Positions 26,487 through 51,600 of a DNA stretch of 64,000 bases are shown here, piece by piece. The position numbers were made by a program, and so were the translations under genes. Position 1 is the stretch's first letter. Every line of letters starts with the position of its first letter. Under the pieces are notes generated by a model that was given only the letters and a program-made list of their open reading frames with translations, was not told where the DNA came from and did no database searches. Source of the DNA: Kudoa neothunni (lineage: Eukaryota > Animalia > Cnidaria); contig OZ199840.1 in the NCBI GenBank assembly GCA_964304625.1, positions 7,355,635-7,419,634 of the forward strand. The letters run 5' to 3'.

Positions 26487-28496
26487 CAATGGGTGACGAG
26501 TATTATAAAAAACAAGTGTTTATTAATAATTTAAAATCTACTTAGAATTACTAAAACAATCTAATATTTTTGTTTGAATCGTGCTTTTTCTGATGCCTTA
26601 TAAAGTTCTAACTCAACATAATGAAGGGAATCCCAAACATCAGAACCACATTGTTTAAAATAACCTTTTAGGTATTCAATACATTTTAAAGCCTATTTTG
26701 AATTGTACAATATATTTTCAAATTCGTCTTCTTCATTTTCAGAAGATGACTCTAAACGAATCACTGAATTTTCTTGTGTATCATATTGACACACTCTAAC
26801 CAAAGATTCCTCCATTACGGATTCTAACAGATCAGTGCCATCATCACATGACTGTTTTGAAATAAACTCATTGCAAATCTGATCAACATGAATTAATTTA
26901 TTGGATAGATCGCAGGGAGTATCATTATTATTATCATCTTCGAAAATAAATCCAGCCTTTTTAAAACAATTTGATATTGTGTACGGCTTGACATTTTCCC
27001 AAGATTTTTTTATCAACATCAACGCATCCAAAAGATCAATCGGCTTTATACCTATGTTATTTTTGACGTGGAACGTATATTTTTCAACAAAATCTTTCTT
27101 ATAAATTGATTTGAACTAAATGATTACACCCTGATCCATCGGTTGGAGTACGGAGATTGTGTTTTGGGGAAATACATTATGGTAATGTTGGAAAGACTTA
27201 ATGGAGAGTGACAGCTCGCATTATCCACAAAAAAATAAAACGTTCATATATTTGTTTTTGAACTTTTGATTTTGTTCGATTAAATATTGGGTAAAGATTT
27301 TAGTGGTCATCCAAGCATTTTTATTTTAATAATAAAGAACCGATTTTTCTTTTAAATTTTCAAAACATCCTGGTTGACTATGACGACCTACGACTATTGG
27401 TTCAAGCTTTTCTCCGGTTAAGGAAATCTAGAGTAATAGTGTTATTCGTTTTTTGACCGATTAGTATATTTGGGGTTTGGCTCGTTAGACAAAGTATAAC
27501 TCCTTTCTAAATAGAATCTATAAAATTTCATTTCTTCGAGAAGTCTTAATAAATCGATTCATCAGGCAATTAAACTTAAAAAAATGAAATATTAACATTA
27601 AAATGGGTAAGTAATTAATGGTAAACACGCATCTCAATATTAATTAACTTAATTTAAAGAAAATGGTAACAATATATAGAACCAACAAATTTAAAGTTTT
27701 TACTTGGATGTTATTGGTAGAATGTAGAATAAGGCAGTTTCATCCAAGTTAAAGATTTGATTTTTTCGCAATTCTTCATTATATATTTTGATTGAGTTTT
27801 CCAGCCAGACACAACATCATCGCTCACGGTGCTAGGATCTCCATGAAAGTTGAATCTTCTAAGATTACATCTATCTTTAAAGCCACGAGACCACCCGTAA
27901 CTGACATTTTTCGAATCGTTACAGAATTCTTCGCCGATTTCATTGCGATGGTCGATAATATGCTGCGATGAAAGCTCCAGTTTATTTTGTGTCATCCAAG
28001 TGATCCAGTCGTATACGCAACTGTCGATTTAAGCATTATCTTCCGTTTTAAGAGTTTTTCTATTTTTTAACTAAGCCACTCTCATAAAATTTGATAATTT
28101 GTGATTTTTTTGCTAAAGTTTCATTTAGCGTCGATATTAAAGCAAGTTTAAAATGCTTCACAGTTCGGCTTTTGGCATTTCTAGGTGGTTGCTGTTCAAA
28201 AAACTTGATGATTTCATGTTTTTCCTTAGTAGTATACTATTTTTTACATTTTTTCCCAGCCTTGTATTACAAAACTGAAATGTTGAACGTGATCCAATCT
28301 ATAACCCGGGCGAAAAAGATGCCAATTACCCATCAACGCTTGAAAACATTTATATTTTTAAATTTTGTTTGGAACATTTTTTAACATAAATAATAAAGTT
28401 TTAAAATGTATTGACAATCCTTTTTAAAGTTATTGTCTTCTACATTATTTCATTTCATTAGATATTCTATAGGTGCCAAATCCCCGTCACCCACTA
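26487..28496 (-). mobile_element. pogo/Tigger (CENP-B/DDE_1) transposon, decayed
   Basis: TA-flanked TIRs CAATGGGTGACGAGTATT / TAGTGGGTGACGGGGATT. Motifs SYGWSRGFKDR, FNLDETALFY, NKNAWMT, VDNASCH, LQPMDQGVI, DALMLIKKSWENVKPYTISNCFKKAGF. Confidence 0.9.
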
Positions 28497-28906
28497 TATG
28501 ATAAATAAATTACCCTTAGTATTAATCTAAAGAGAGACAAGTAATTATTTATAATATGTAAAAAATGCGAATAATTTTATCCTTTTTCATGGTCTGCAAA
28601 TTTTCATTAATTCTCTCAATGGCGTATCACATTTAAAGTGATGACCGTTAATTACATTAATTCGTGATTTCTACCAGGAAAATAAACCACCAAGCAGTTT
28701 GTACTTAGTGTTTAAATAAATATGATACAATCTACAATTTTTGGCAAACCCAAAGATTAGTAATCACCCGAGAGCAAAAGATGCACAATAAGAATCATTG
28801 CGCAACCCAACCACAATTATTTGAGTATCACTTTAAATAGTTGGTTACAAAAGCTAATATCGTACATTAAAGAATTCCATTATAGCAACAAAAAATTTTT
28901 TCAGTA

Positions 28907-29082
28907 CAGTAAGGCCTCGATATAATGTAATTAGTGATCTTTTCATTGCTTTCCAACATAAAAAGTTCAACAAAATGTATCGATTAGTCGTTAACAAGTT
29001 GTAAAATATTATATTTAATTTTTGGTCCAACCAACCTCAAAATTATGGAAATTGATGGTCTCGCTATCGCGAGGCTTTTTTC
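28907..29082. mobile_element. Possible Tigger-type MITE
   Basis: TA-CAGTAAGGCCTCGATATAA left end, with a degenerate inverse (ctcgctatcgcgaggct) ~170 bp downstream. Confidence 0.35.
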
Positions 29083-29314
29083 TTGAAATAATCCGATGAG
29101 TCCTATATTTGATGTATTAAAAAAACAATGTTAGGAATATCTCAATGATGCATAGAAGAAAAAATCTAAATAATTAAATATTACGACTAGATTATGGCGA
29201 ATCGGGTACCAAAATGATGATAATGAAGCATTTTAACATACCAAGTAGTGATTAGATTTGAGCTTTTCAGAAATGAGAATACGTAATTCCTCTCTCGATA
29301 GATAGTGTCTCTTT

Positions 29315-31711
29315 CAGGGTTGCCAGAAGATTAGCGAAAAAAGTACCAACATTTTTGAAAAACGTACCAAAAACAAGTAAAACTAGGGCTGTCGGGGCTT
29401 GGGTTTTCTATGGTCATCTTGGGGGTTTTTTATTCAAAACCTGTAAGCATTGAATAACAACACAAAATTTTATACATGGGACATTAATATTTATATTTTT
29501 AAGAGCGTATCTTATTCAGATTATATCATGCAGGGGTTTTAATATTTATGATATTGAAGGACGCACATTAGATTGTTTGACGTGACACGGTTACTTAATT
29601 GCTCAGTGCACTGTCACACATTATTAGAAAATTTAAACATCATTTCAAATAATATCTTTAACTGTGAAGTGATAAATTGTGAGTAAATCGATCTATGTTA
29701 GACATTAAGTATGGGTGATTGTTTGCGCCAAAAAAAAGAACATGGTATGCTATGTGTTTTAATAAGGAGTAGCTAAAAGAGGAAGATTTAAAGACTGGCT
29801 TGCTAAAGATATTAAAGACACAGTAGGTGACCGGTAGTATGTAATCCTCTTGGGACCGTAAAAAATTTGGTGCGATTACTGCTTGCTTCACGGAACACAC
29901 CCTTTTAGTTATGTTGATCATTCCCTGACAGTAAAATTGCTGAAACTTTATCATTGAAAAGAACCAAATCGTCCTATATTGTATAAAACGGTTTAGCTTT
30001 TGAGGAAAATACCTACATATCAGAAATATGTAGATCTCAACAGTTTTCCATAATCGTGGACGAGAGTACTGATATTTCAGTCACACCGGTCTTAGCAGTC
30101 GTGGTCCGATACTTCGATTATAGCTAAGAGAATGTTGTCACGTTCTATTAGATACCATAGTTGTAGAAGATGAAAAGCTTTGGGTTTATACAACTCTATC
30201 AAAGAATTGGTAGCAAAGAAGAATATTCCCATCAAAAATATTGTTGGATTTGGAAGCGACAACTGATCATCAATGATGGGGTCTAAGAATGGAATTCGAA
30301 AATTATTAAAAGATGACATTCCATCCGTTTTCGTCATGGGGTGTGTTTGCCCATTCAATCGTCTTATGTGCAAGTAATGCGACGAAGTTTCTCCCATCCT
30401 ACCTAGAAACATTCCTAAACAAATTTACTTCTTATTTCTCGCGAAGCAGCAAAAGACAACGAGAATTCTTTCTTATTCAAGAGTCTGTTAATGTTTTAGT
30501 CCCCCAAAATTCCAAAAACTAGCGCAAGCCAGATGGTTGTCGCGTAAGAATGTCATTTCTTCTGTTTTGGACCAATTTGATGTTCTACAATTATACACTT
30601 TCAAGGCGAAGGAAACCCCGAAAAAATAGACGATGTTAACGAAATATACAAAATCCTTATAAATCACTCCACCAAACCAATGCTACTTTTTCTCCAATAT
30701 GTTTTGAAAGGAATCAATAAATTAAACTGGAATTTCAATCTAAAGAGTTTAGATTGCACCTTTTATACGAGTTAATGTCGTCTGAATATAAGTAAGTTTT
30801 GAACTTTTTTATTAAGGATGTAGTGCTACAATCAATAAAACTTTTAGAAATTGATCTCAAAGATATTAATCATCACAAGCCAACAACCGAAATATACCTT
30901 GGTGGAAATGCAACTGAGTATCCAATAAATAATCACTGCGATGCCGTAACGGAGACAAGATTCAAACGAGGTTGTTCAAGATTTCTTGTTGAATTGTGTG
31001 ATCAGATAAAAATTCGATTTAACGTGGACGAAAATGATCATGTCTCTAAGTGCAGCGTATTAAATCCTGAAAGATCTCGACGTATTGAACATTTTCCATT
31101 ATCAATTATACCATTGGCTACTCATTTTCCCCAGCTCGTATCTGATGATAACTTAAACGAACTATATGATGAGTGGTGTTGTTATCGTTTGGTCGCTGAA
31201 AAACTACCAATTCCTCATGACGGCATTCCTCGGTACTGGTTCAAATTGAAAGAAATAAAAGATGATTTAGAAAATCCCAAATTCGGTATTTTATCAGATT
31301 TTATGACGAATCTAACAATAATGCCTTGTTCATCTGCTAATGTCGAGAGAATCTTTTCCTTGGTGAATGCAATTAAAACAAAACAAACCAATTCTTTAAA
31401 ATTGGAAAACGTAAAATGAAAAATACTTGCGAAACAATTAATCAAGAGATGTAGCAATAATTGTATAACGTGGTGACCAAGCAATAGATTAATATACGAT
31501 CTGACCAGTGGTGTCGTGTATCAATGATCTACTCCGCGCCAAAAAAATTGCGATAATACTACAATAAATTTAAATTTGATATCAAGAGAGGAAATCATAC
31601 AATCCGAAGAAGATTAAAAACTTTAGTAGATACAATTCTATTCATTTGTTGTACTTTTAACTAGCGTGTTTCTCGACCTTGGGTTTTTTTAAATTCTCGC
31701 CGGCAGCATTG
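29315..31711 (+). mobile_element. hAT (Blackjack/Tip100-like) transposon, decayed
   Basis: TIR CAGGGTTGCCAG / rc CAATGCTGCCGG. Motifs FSIIVDESTDIS, VVVRYFD, GFGSDN, VMGCVCHS..LCAS, RWLSR, and hATC dimerisation domain PCSSANVERIFSLVNAIKTKQTNSL (ORF 30799-31419). Confidence 0.9.
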
Positions 31712-33545
31712 GTGAAAAGAGACGCCTTCCTCTCGATATGGTATTATTAAAAAATATTTGATTTGGTTTTTTTTAATATATCTATTGGCTAATATGAATT
31801 ATTCATGGAAAATGCGCCTAGATTGAGAGTGAGTTGTAAAGTGGATTGTTCGCGTACAAGAAAAAAAGAAAAACATCTTAAAATTTAAAATTAATGAAAA
31901 GGCCATTATTACAACAAATGAGCCTTAAATAAAAAACTTTTATTGTAATAATGGGTGGTTTTCATATTTCAACAAGCCATATATTTTAAAAACCACATAC
32001 ACCACAGAGAGGCGGATGGCGCGGATATGATGGCAGTTAATTAATGGATTGAAAATTTGTAAGGCAGAGTAAGTAGTTATAATCAAAAATAATTTTAATC
32101 CTGGCGAATCTGTTCATTTTTTGAGAAAATTTCTCAGCGCATATATATAACAACAAAAACAACGAAATCCAAGAGAGGGGCTGTAAAAAATAAAAAAAGA
32201 GGTTCTATTTTGGTAACCACCTCATCCTACGACAAAAAGCAACTTCTTTATATGGTTGGTAAGTTTTAAAAAAATGGCTGAATATCAGCAGCCATTTTCT
32301 ATGATATACTTATAAACATAGATAATGAATTGATTCGAAAAAGTAGAAACAATTTTATACTACTAGATCAATGCATTCTCATCTCCAGTATATGATTCAT
32401 TAAAAAATATCAAATTGCTTTTTCTCCCAAAAATTACACCCAGCATCGTGCAACCAAAGAACCTCTGTGTTATTCATAGTCTAAGAACAAACTATGCGTA
32501 AATGTTGCCCAAAATTCTTTTATTAGGCGGTATAGCCACAAATAATCCGAAATTAACTATATAAAGTTGTCTAAATACCCTAAGTAATTCTTGAAAAACA
32601 ATCAGTAAGTCTGTTATTGTAAATTATTTCAAGGAATCTCCTATTTGTGGTAACTATTGTTTTATCAACTCAAAATATTTAACATATTTAATAATAAATC
32701 TATAATCGATTCTAATCAAGAAAATTGTGAAAACTACTGATGGTGCCAGTTGTTGTTTGTTTGTTTGTTTCGATTATTTTAGATGACATCGATGATGTTT
32801 ATGATATGGAAGAAGCTGAAACTGTTCACAATAATTTATCTGAGAGCTATGATATAAGTAATTAAAAAATTTATGTGTTTAATGAAGACCACGATTTTGA
32901 TCTCGAAAATAAACATTTTCGACGTAACAACTAAAAGTTTCGACCAGCACAATTAGAAAAACCCCTCGACCTCGCTCTCTCTCTTTCTGTACATCCTGTT
33001 ATAAATCTTTTGTAAAAAATATTTAAAAGGCGACAAAATTAAAAGAAATAGCAATTTCGTCAAAAAGTCGAAATATAAGGATTTCGTAGGCGTGCGTGAG
33101 TCCTCAATATTGTGTGGTAAATTGCATTCCCCAAAAAAACCTCCTTATATCGTGGCCTTAAGGTATATCTTTTCATAATAGTTACATCATTATTTCTATC
33201 CGTTTTTTGGTTACGTATAACAATTTGGCGATTATTTGATGTGCTGGGTCACATTTACGGTCGTTTTGAAGAGAACATTACTATAGATATACATTAAATT
33301 GTTCCACAAACTATTTAGAGATAACGATTCCAAGTGATTATGCTGCGAAAACAGAATTAAACTCATTATAACGAAACAAAACAGCCTCATTTAAGCTTAG
33401 ATAACCATCCGATATATTTAAATCAGATGCGTTTACGTAATTAAAAATTTTTCATTTAATTTCACTAGGTAAGGTGTTTTTATTCAATCAAATCATCCAA
33501 CGTAGATGCTATCCTAATCCACTGCGCATTTGTATATGCATTGTT

Positions 33546-33555
33546 CCACGTGGCA
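33546..33555 (-). promoter_or_regulatory. TGCCACGTGG motif just upstream of the KARS 5'UTR exon
   Basis: CCACGTGGCA ~110 bp before the ATG; TGCGCAT at ~33523. Confidence 0.5.
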
Positions 33556-33664
33556 CCGTGTTGTACGTCGAGCGTTTTCCTATTCTAGCTGTTTAAAACA
33601 TTAGGTATGATTTCTAATTTTCTTTAAAAAGTGTTTTGAATTCGATTTCACTACTAGAGCAAAC

Positions 33665-36053
<2,389 letters not shown>

Positions 36054-36150
36054 CATGACATTAGTTAGTTAAGAAATTGGTTTATTGACATTTGTTGTTT
36101 AATTGCTGCGCACAAAGCATCTATTAATATATAATAATTCGTTTATTAGG

Positions 36151-45541
<9,391 letters not shown>

Positions 45542-45618
45542 TTTTAACTTTGGCCGCAATGCTTAAAAAAACTATCAATAAAATGAAACAAAATAACAAT
45601 TTCTTATAGTCTAATAAA

Positions 45619-48600
45619 TCAGTTGTTGCTTGATAAATACTATTCAACTATTAGAAATGAGGAATATTATCAGAGTTGTTACTGGATATGAATAGATAAT
45701 CAACACCAAAAGTAAACACACACCTAACATAATCACGTACCTTTTCAAACATGGAATGTATGGACGCCATAATTTTCTCAAGGCATATAATAAGGGTATG
45801 AAAAATTTAAATATTGACTGTTCGATTCTCCTTCAATTAAATAGTGTTACAGAGTCGTTGGTTGCACACGGAAACAACCACAATAAGTATAGAACTAACA
45901 AGTTACTTAGGCTCAGGTAATCCAAGTGGATCCTTCCTGCCTAGACCGGCCGGGGAACTATCTGCGTCACTTGATGTTAATAATTCCAATTCCATTTTAA
46001 CCTACACATAACCGCATTTATTTTTTAAAATATAGGTTAAATGTCATATTTCTAAATTTACTTGAGACTTTAAAATTTTTTGACCCTCTTTACTCTGTTC
46101 GTAAAATGGAAACCATCCAATTATGGTTCGGCTTTGAAATAGATCAACGGAATCACTGTTTTCGTAAGATTCCAACTTGCAGTCATTGCTCCTGAAGAAA
46201 GGTTTTTTGATAGCAGCTAGTGATAGCTCGCATTCGGCTAAATGGGAATTTCGTCCAAAAAGATTTCTATCCCAGATTTGAATGGATATTTGAGGGCTGA
46301 CTTTTTTCATATTTTGACCTGAGGTTTGGAAATACGCCTAATATTTAACATGAAGTTTCCCACACGTAAAGTATTCACTCACTGAATCATTCACAATAAC
46401 TTTTTCTTCAACTTTTGAATACATAAATCTATATATGAACCTCCAATTAATTGATTCCATTCCTCCTTCATATCTTTTATTGGGTGATAAATATCAACGA
46501 TATTGAATCGATACCAATTACCTATAGCACGTATCAGAATTTTGAACTTTGTCCTTTGATCCTCCCATTGAACTTGTTTCAATCAGTAAAGAAAAATAAA
46601 TATTTACTCCATAAATTACCATCTGATATAGATATCATAACTTTTCACCGAAACTTTATTCATATCTTCATTCATTTTCTCCTCAAGCAATTGAGTTCCA
46701 TCAATATCCCAAACAATCAGCCGAAGCTCATACCTACGGTTTTTTGATTTATTAAAACTTATTATGGTATATGCGATAAAATTTAATGCGAATAGAAAAA
46801 GTTGGTGAGCTGTTATAATATATTTAGATTTTTATATTTTTCTTTTAGTTATAATTAAAAACTAAATTACATATCAGGGTCGGGAAAACCGACGTCTACG
46901 TCGCTGTATTTGTAATGAGTCTCACTTAATATATCAATCCACATTTCTAACTTTGCCTATATTTTATTTTCAGAGAGATAAATCAACTATGCATTTCAGC
47001 TGATATACATTTGAATTAAAAGAATTGGAATTTTTTAGTAGACGGGTTTCAATTCCTTCAAAAATAAGGTCTATAGGAGTGGAAACAAATTTTTGTAGAT
47101 TCCACAATGCCATTAATGCAGCTGGCTCTTCAGTTACAATGGGTATACCTAAACACAAAAGGTTTATGTACATAAATAAGGGTATGTCAGTATGTTTTGA
47201 AATCACAATTCCAAACCTTTTTCATCGTAGACACGATCACTTGTTTCAAATATGGTATTTTTTATTCTGCAATACCCAGGCAATATTATTGGTGGGGGAT
47301 CGATTTTATTTCTCTGACAAAATTCCCTCAGTATTAAACTTGGATTTTTAGATGCTCTCCATTTTGTTGGTCCGTACCTACGAATAGATCAAGATTATAA
47401 AATATTTGGAGACAATGATTGGGTTCCAATAAAAATTACAACGAAAAAATTCGCTGAATGCCCGCCCCATAAAAACCTTGATTAATAAATCGATCTTCTA
47501 AGTCAACCACTGTTTCACCAATATAATCTTTGAAAGATGTTGCCGATTTGGAGAATGCCTTTATTCGTATAATTGAATTCTCTGGGATAAGAATTTCGAT
47601 TTTAGTACATCTATGTCATGTGCTTAGATGCTGGGAATCTTACTCTATGCTTATGAAATTTATACTTTCCAATGTAGGCTTCCGCGTTGAAAACTGATTT
47701 GCATTCAATTTTCGTTTTGGTTTGATTATATTCAACCACGAGGAAAATCTTTTCCATTGGTCGATAAGGGTAACAGTTATATCGATTAAAACATTACTTC
47801 TTTATTCTTGGAATGTTTTTGCAAAAGTTCATAAATCTAAATCTAATCAATGAAAACAAACAATTGAATGAATCTTAACTTTAATAAAATAGATAACAAC
47901 ATTTATTAGTTGTGAGTTATTCTTAAAATTCTTATTTTCATCATGGGCGCCTTGAATTATTTCCTCATCATGAACTACTTTATTGATAGTGATGTTGCAC
48001 TAATATGATAATCACAATAAATTATAATATTTATTTAATAACCTTCACATTTCCAACTACATTGTGATCTACAAGATGGGAGGGCTCGTTATGGTGATTG
48101 TTGATTTCACTAAGAGTATACAATGGATAGGATCTGTACTTTGGCAAACACTGTGTATATCGATTTTCCAATTCGAAAAAATATATCTATGATGTCTGAA
48201 GTAGAATGTGGCAATGGATGATTACCTCGAAGTACGCGTTTTTTATTGGGTTATCCAATGAGGATGCATATTTAAAATACAATAACCACCAGCCATAATG
48301 AGACAGTTCCCATAAAAACTGATCATTATACTAGGTGTATAGCTTATAAAAATTGTTTAATAATATGAGCTCCTCTTACAAATTGAAAATCACGAATAAC
48401 TTCATCTTTAAATTGAGTAGGCGCGGAGCTAAGTTGATCATGATCGCCAGTGGTTTTATCCTTTAAAAACCTAATGTAATATAAATCTAAATTTTTTCAA
48501 AAATTTTGCACCCTTCCGTGTGTATTAGACCTATACCAATTGTTTCTTGTCTACTTCCAACTTTTCTCTCCGCCCTCAATAATAACACTATTGGTATTTT

Positions 48601-51600
48601 ATGTACAGCAGCGGGAATATCCTAAATAATAAAAGAAAAAATATATTTTTATTATTCAATTCTAACTTATACTATTGGCATAATTAAAAAATTTATGTTT
48701 ACTAAAATATTAACATAAAGGTTGAGGCATCAATATTGAAATACAAAATTTATATGTAATCCCCTAAAGTTGTAAAGAAAGACTAGCCACATTTCAACAT
48801 ACATAATGAAATATTATTAAAGAATAGAAAAAAAATATTGAATAAATAATAAAATTTATACACACGGCGAGAAGATAGGGAAAGTCTAATTTAACGTAGC
48901 TAGTGATCTTGTCATAAAATTGAACTTTATTGAAACAGAATTTGAATATAAAAATACCTGGAGATAGGAGGAATTTATTTGAAAACTACATTCATTAAGA
49001 TATTCAGAACATAATACGATTAAGTATAAAATTGTATTATTTTCAAAATTAATACAAAGTTTTACATAAAATATAAATATAGGAAAACTAATATCAACTC
49101 ACCTTACGAAATATTATGTGGAACTCCTTTTAACTATAAACTATATTGCATACCAATAAATAACATTATTATTTCTAACGAGGTTTAGACTCCAAAAAGA
49201 TCAAATTATGAGAACAGTTAGGTTTTTTAGTCCCGTAAACTACTCACGTGGATATCCCAAAGCGTTAGTGAATGTCTTTATCGGTAGGAAGGGGAAAAAT
49301 ATTTTGGAAACCGTTTACTATAAAGTAGTCGACCAGTAAATGTGTCCTCTTAACTTGAAAGCATTAATTATGAAAAACCATTCAAAAATCAAATAATCCC
49401 AATTTTAGTTTGATATTAAAAAAGAGGTAAATTCATTATTAAGGAGATTTTTTCACAATATATGAAATACTAATTTCTCATGCTCCATAAAAGAGATGGT
49501 TGACCGAAGAAACTATAAATTCTATGCTAAAATTAACATCATTATTTTGTAATTAAAAAATATGCTCGTAAAAAAGGGGTTAAAACATAAATACTTCACA
49601 CAACTAATGAAATGTTTACAGTTTGTTTATTGATTGGGATGAACAATTTATTTTAAATATATTAAGCACGAGCGATTATTTCACGAAAAGTAAAAAAATT
49701 ATTACGGATAATGTTAGAAAAATTGAGAGAAAATTCCTTTATATCCAATAATGAAATATTGTATATTTTTTCTTAAACTTCTTTGCGGAAAATAAGACAA
49801 ATTGTAAATTAAAAAGTAGATAAGGTGAAATAAAAGCAGTCGTATAACTTGGGAGTTGTTATTCTTTATTCTGGTAAGTACATTAGAATATTTATTGAGA
49901 TTCATACTTTTTAAAAACATGAAATGTGAAATATTTTTTCATTGTAAGGTAAAAAACTAGTTTTTTACTTTTTAATATTAACTTAAAAATAATGAACTGA
50001 GTTTTATTAATCGAGTTAAAAATTGTAGAGCCAAAAATGAATTTATTAACTTCTGCGTCATTTAGGATGGGTGTTTTCTATAAAGACTTACTCCATCTTA
50101 TAGGGTATGGCAAAAGTAATTAATAAAGCCTCAATAATTTAGTACTAAGTGATTTTAAATCTATTGAACAAGTTTAGATCAATCCTAATAATAAGATAAA
50201 AAAGTATCTAAGTAAATTATTAGGTATTTATAAATAGAACATACCAGATCAGTAGTAAGGGTTTGTTCATTGATACTGGAATACTTTTCTCTGTTAACAA
50301 CAACCTCAATAAACAATTGTTGTTCTCCAACCAATAAATCGATATGAAATCCTCGGTAACTGTGGCAAATATCTTCATTCATTTGTCTTATGCCATAAAA
50401 TTGAAACTATAAAAAATGGATAATTTGAGACAAAACTTAAACGGAATATCCAACTGTAAATCGGTAATGATAGGTCTGAATATCAACATAAGGAGGAAGG
50501 GGATGGGAATCTGTCGCTTGAGTAGAGTGAAAAATTTGTTGAAACTCATTCGAATTTTTTTCCGTTTGTTGATTAATCTTTATTATACAATTTTAAATTA
50601 CACGCTTATTTGAAGAATTAAAAGAATCGTACTTCTATGGCTTCTAACGATATCAAAATCATCCCAATAATCTGATTGGAATGTGTCAAATTTAACCAAT
50701 GAAGGGAAGGTAAATAATTAACACTGTATGTAAAATCGTATGAGTTTTTAAGAAATGGTCTAGCCATTAGTGATCCCAAAACTAATCCACCAGTTTTTCT
50801 ATTATTCTAAATTATTGAATGTCACCTCTAAAATGAATTGGCGTGTTTCGATGTACATCACTCAAAACTCGGAGGGAAATGACTACCCAAGGTAGATCAT
50901 AATTTTTCTGGGGTTGATTTGTTTTAATTTCTAAGTAGTGGCAATATGACTTTTTGAGAAGTAATTTTGATTGGGGGATAAAGTTTTCGGTTGATAGGCA
51001 GGATCCCATCACGGTGAGATCAAATTGTAATGCTAAAATGGATTAGAGTAGACTGATTTCATGTTAAACTTTTGAAATCTTTAGGAAGTCTATGAAAGCT
51101 GATAATTTGATGAATGTGTGTTCGATATAAATATTTATTTTTGATACTGAATAACGATACTTTTTTAGGTATGATTTCATTAAGAAAAGAAAGTTTCATC
51201 TATGTTATCGTCAAATTTAATAAATGCATTGTTTGTGAACACAATAATATAATCTACCGCATTTTTTCCTTCAACGTACACACATTCATCAATGATATTT
51301 GAACGAAGAGTGTAAGGGCCGAACCAGACTTTGCATTCAGCTCTAATATGATCAGGCTCCAGCAATAATTCGTTTACATCGAGTTCCTAGAAGAATATCA
51401 CAGGAATTGACATCTCCAAGTGATCACATTTAAATAATGCGACTGGACTTTTCCACAATAGGAGCCACATGTTGAAACCTTTGGCGAGTATAATATATCC
51501 GACGAGGATAGCTTTTTCAAAAACATATGACTATTGCTTTGACCTATTCTGACCCACAAATACAAATCTTCGAAGGTTTTTAATGGCTTCAAATGTTAGT

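Noticed and set aside
31900-33165. Possible MULE-like remnant
   Set aside because: Weak TNN-like fragment and repeated tcgac words only; no TIR pair or ORF.
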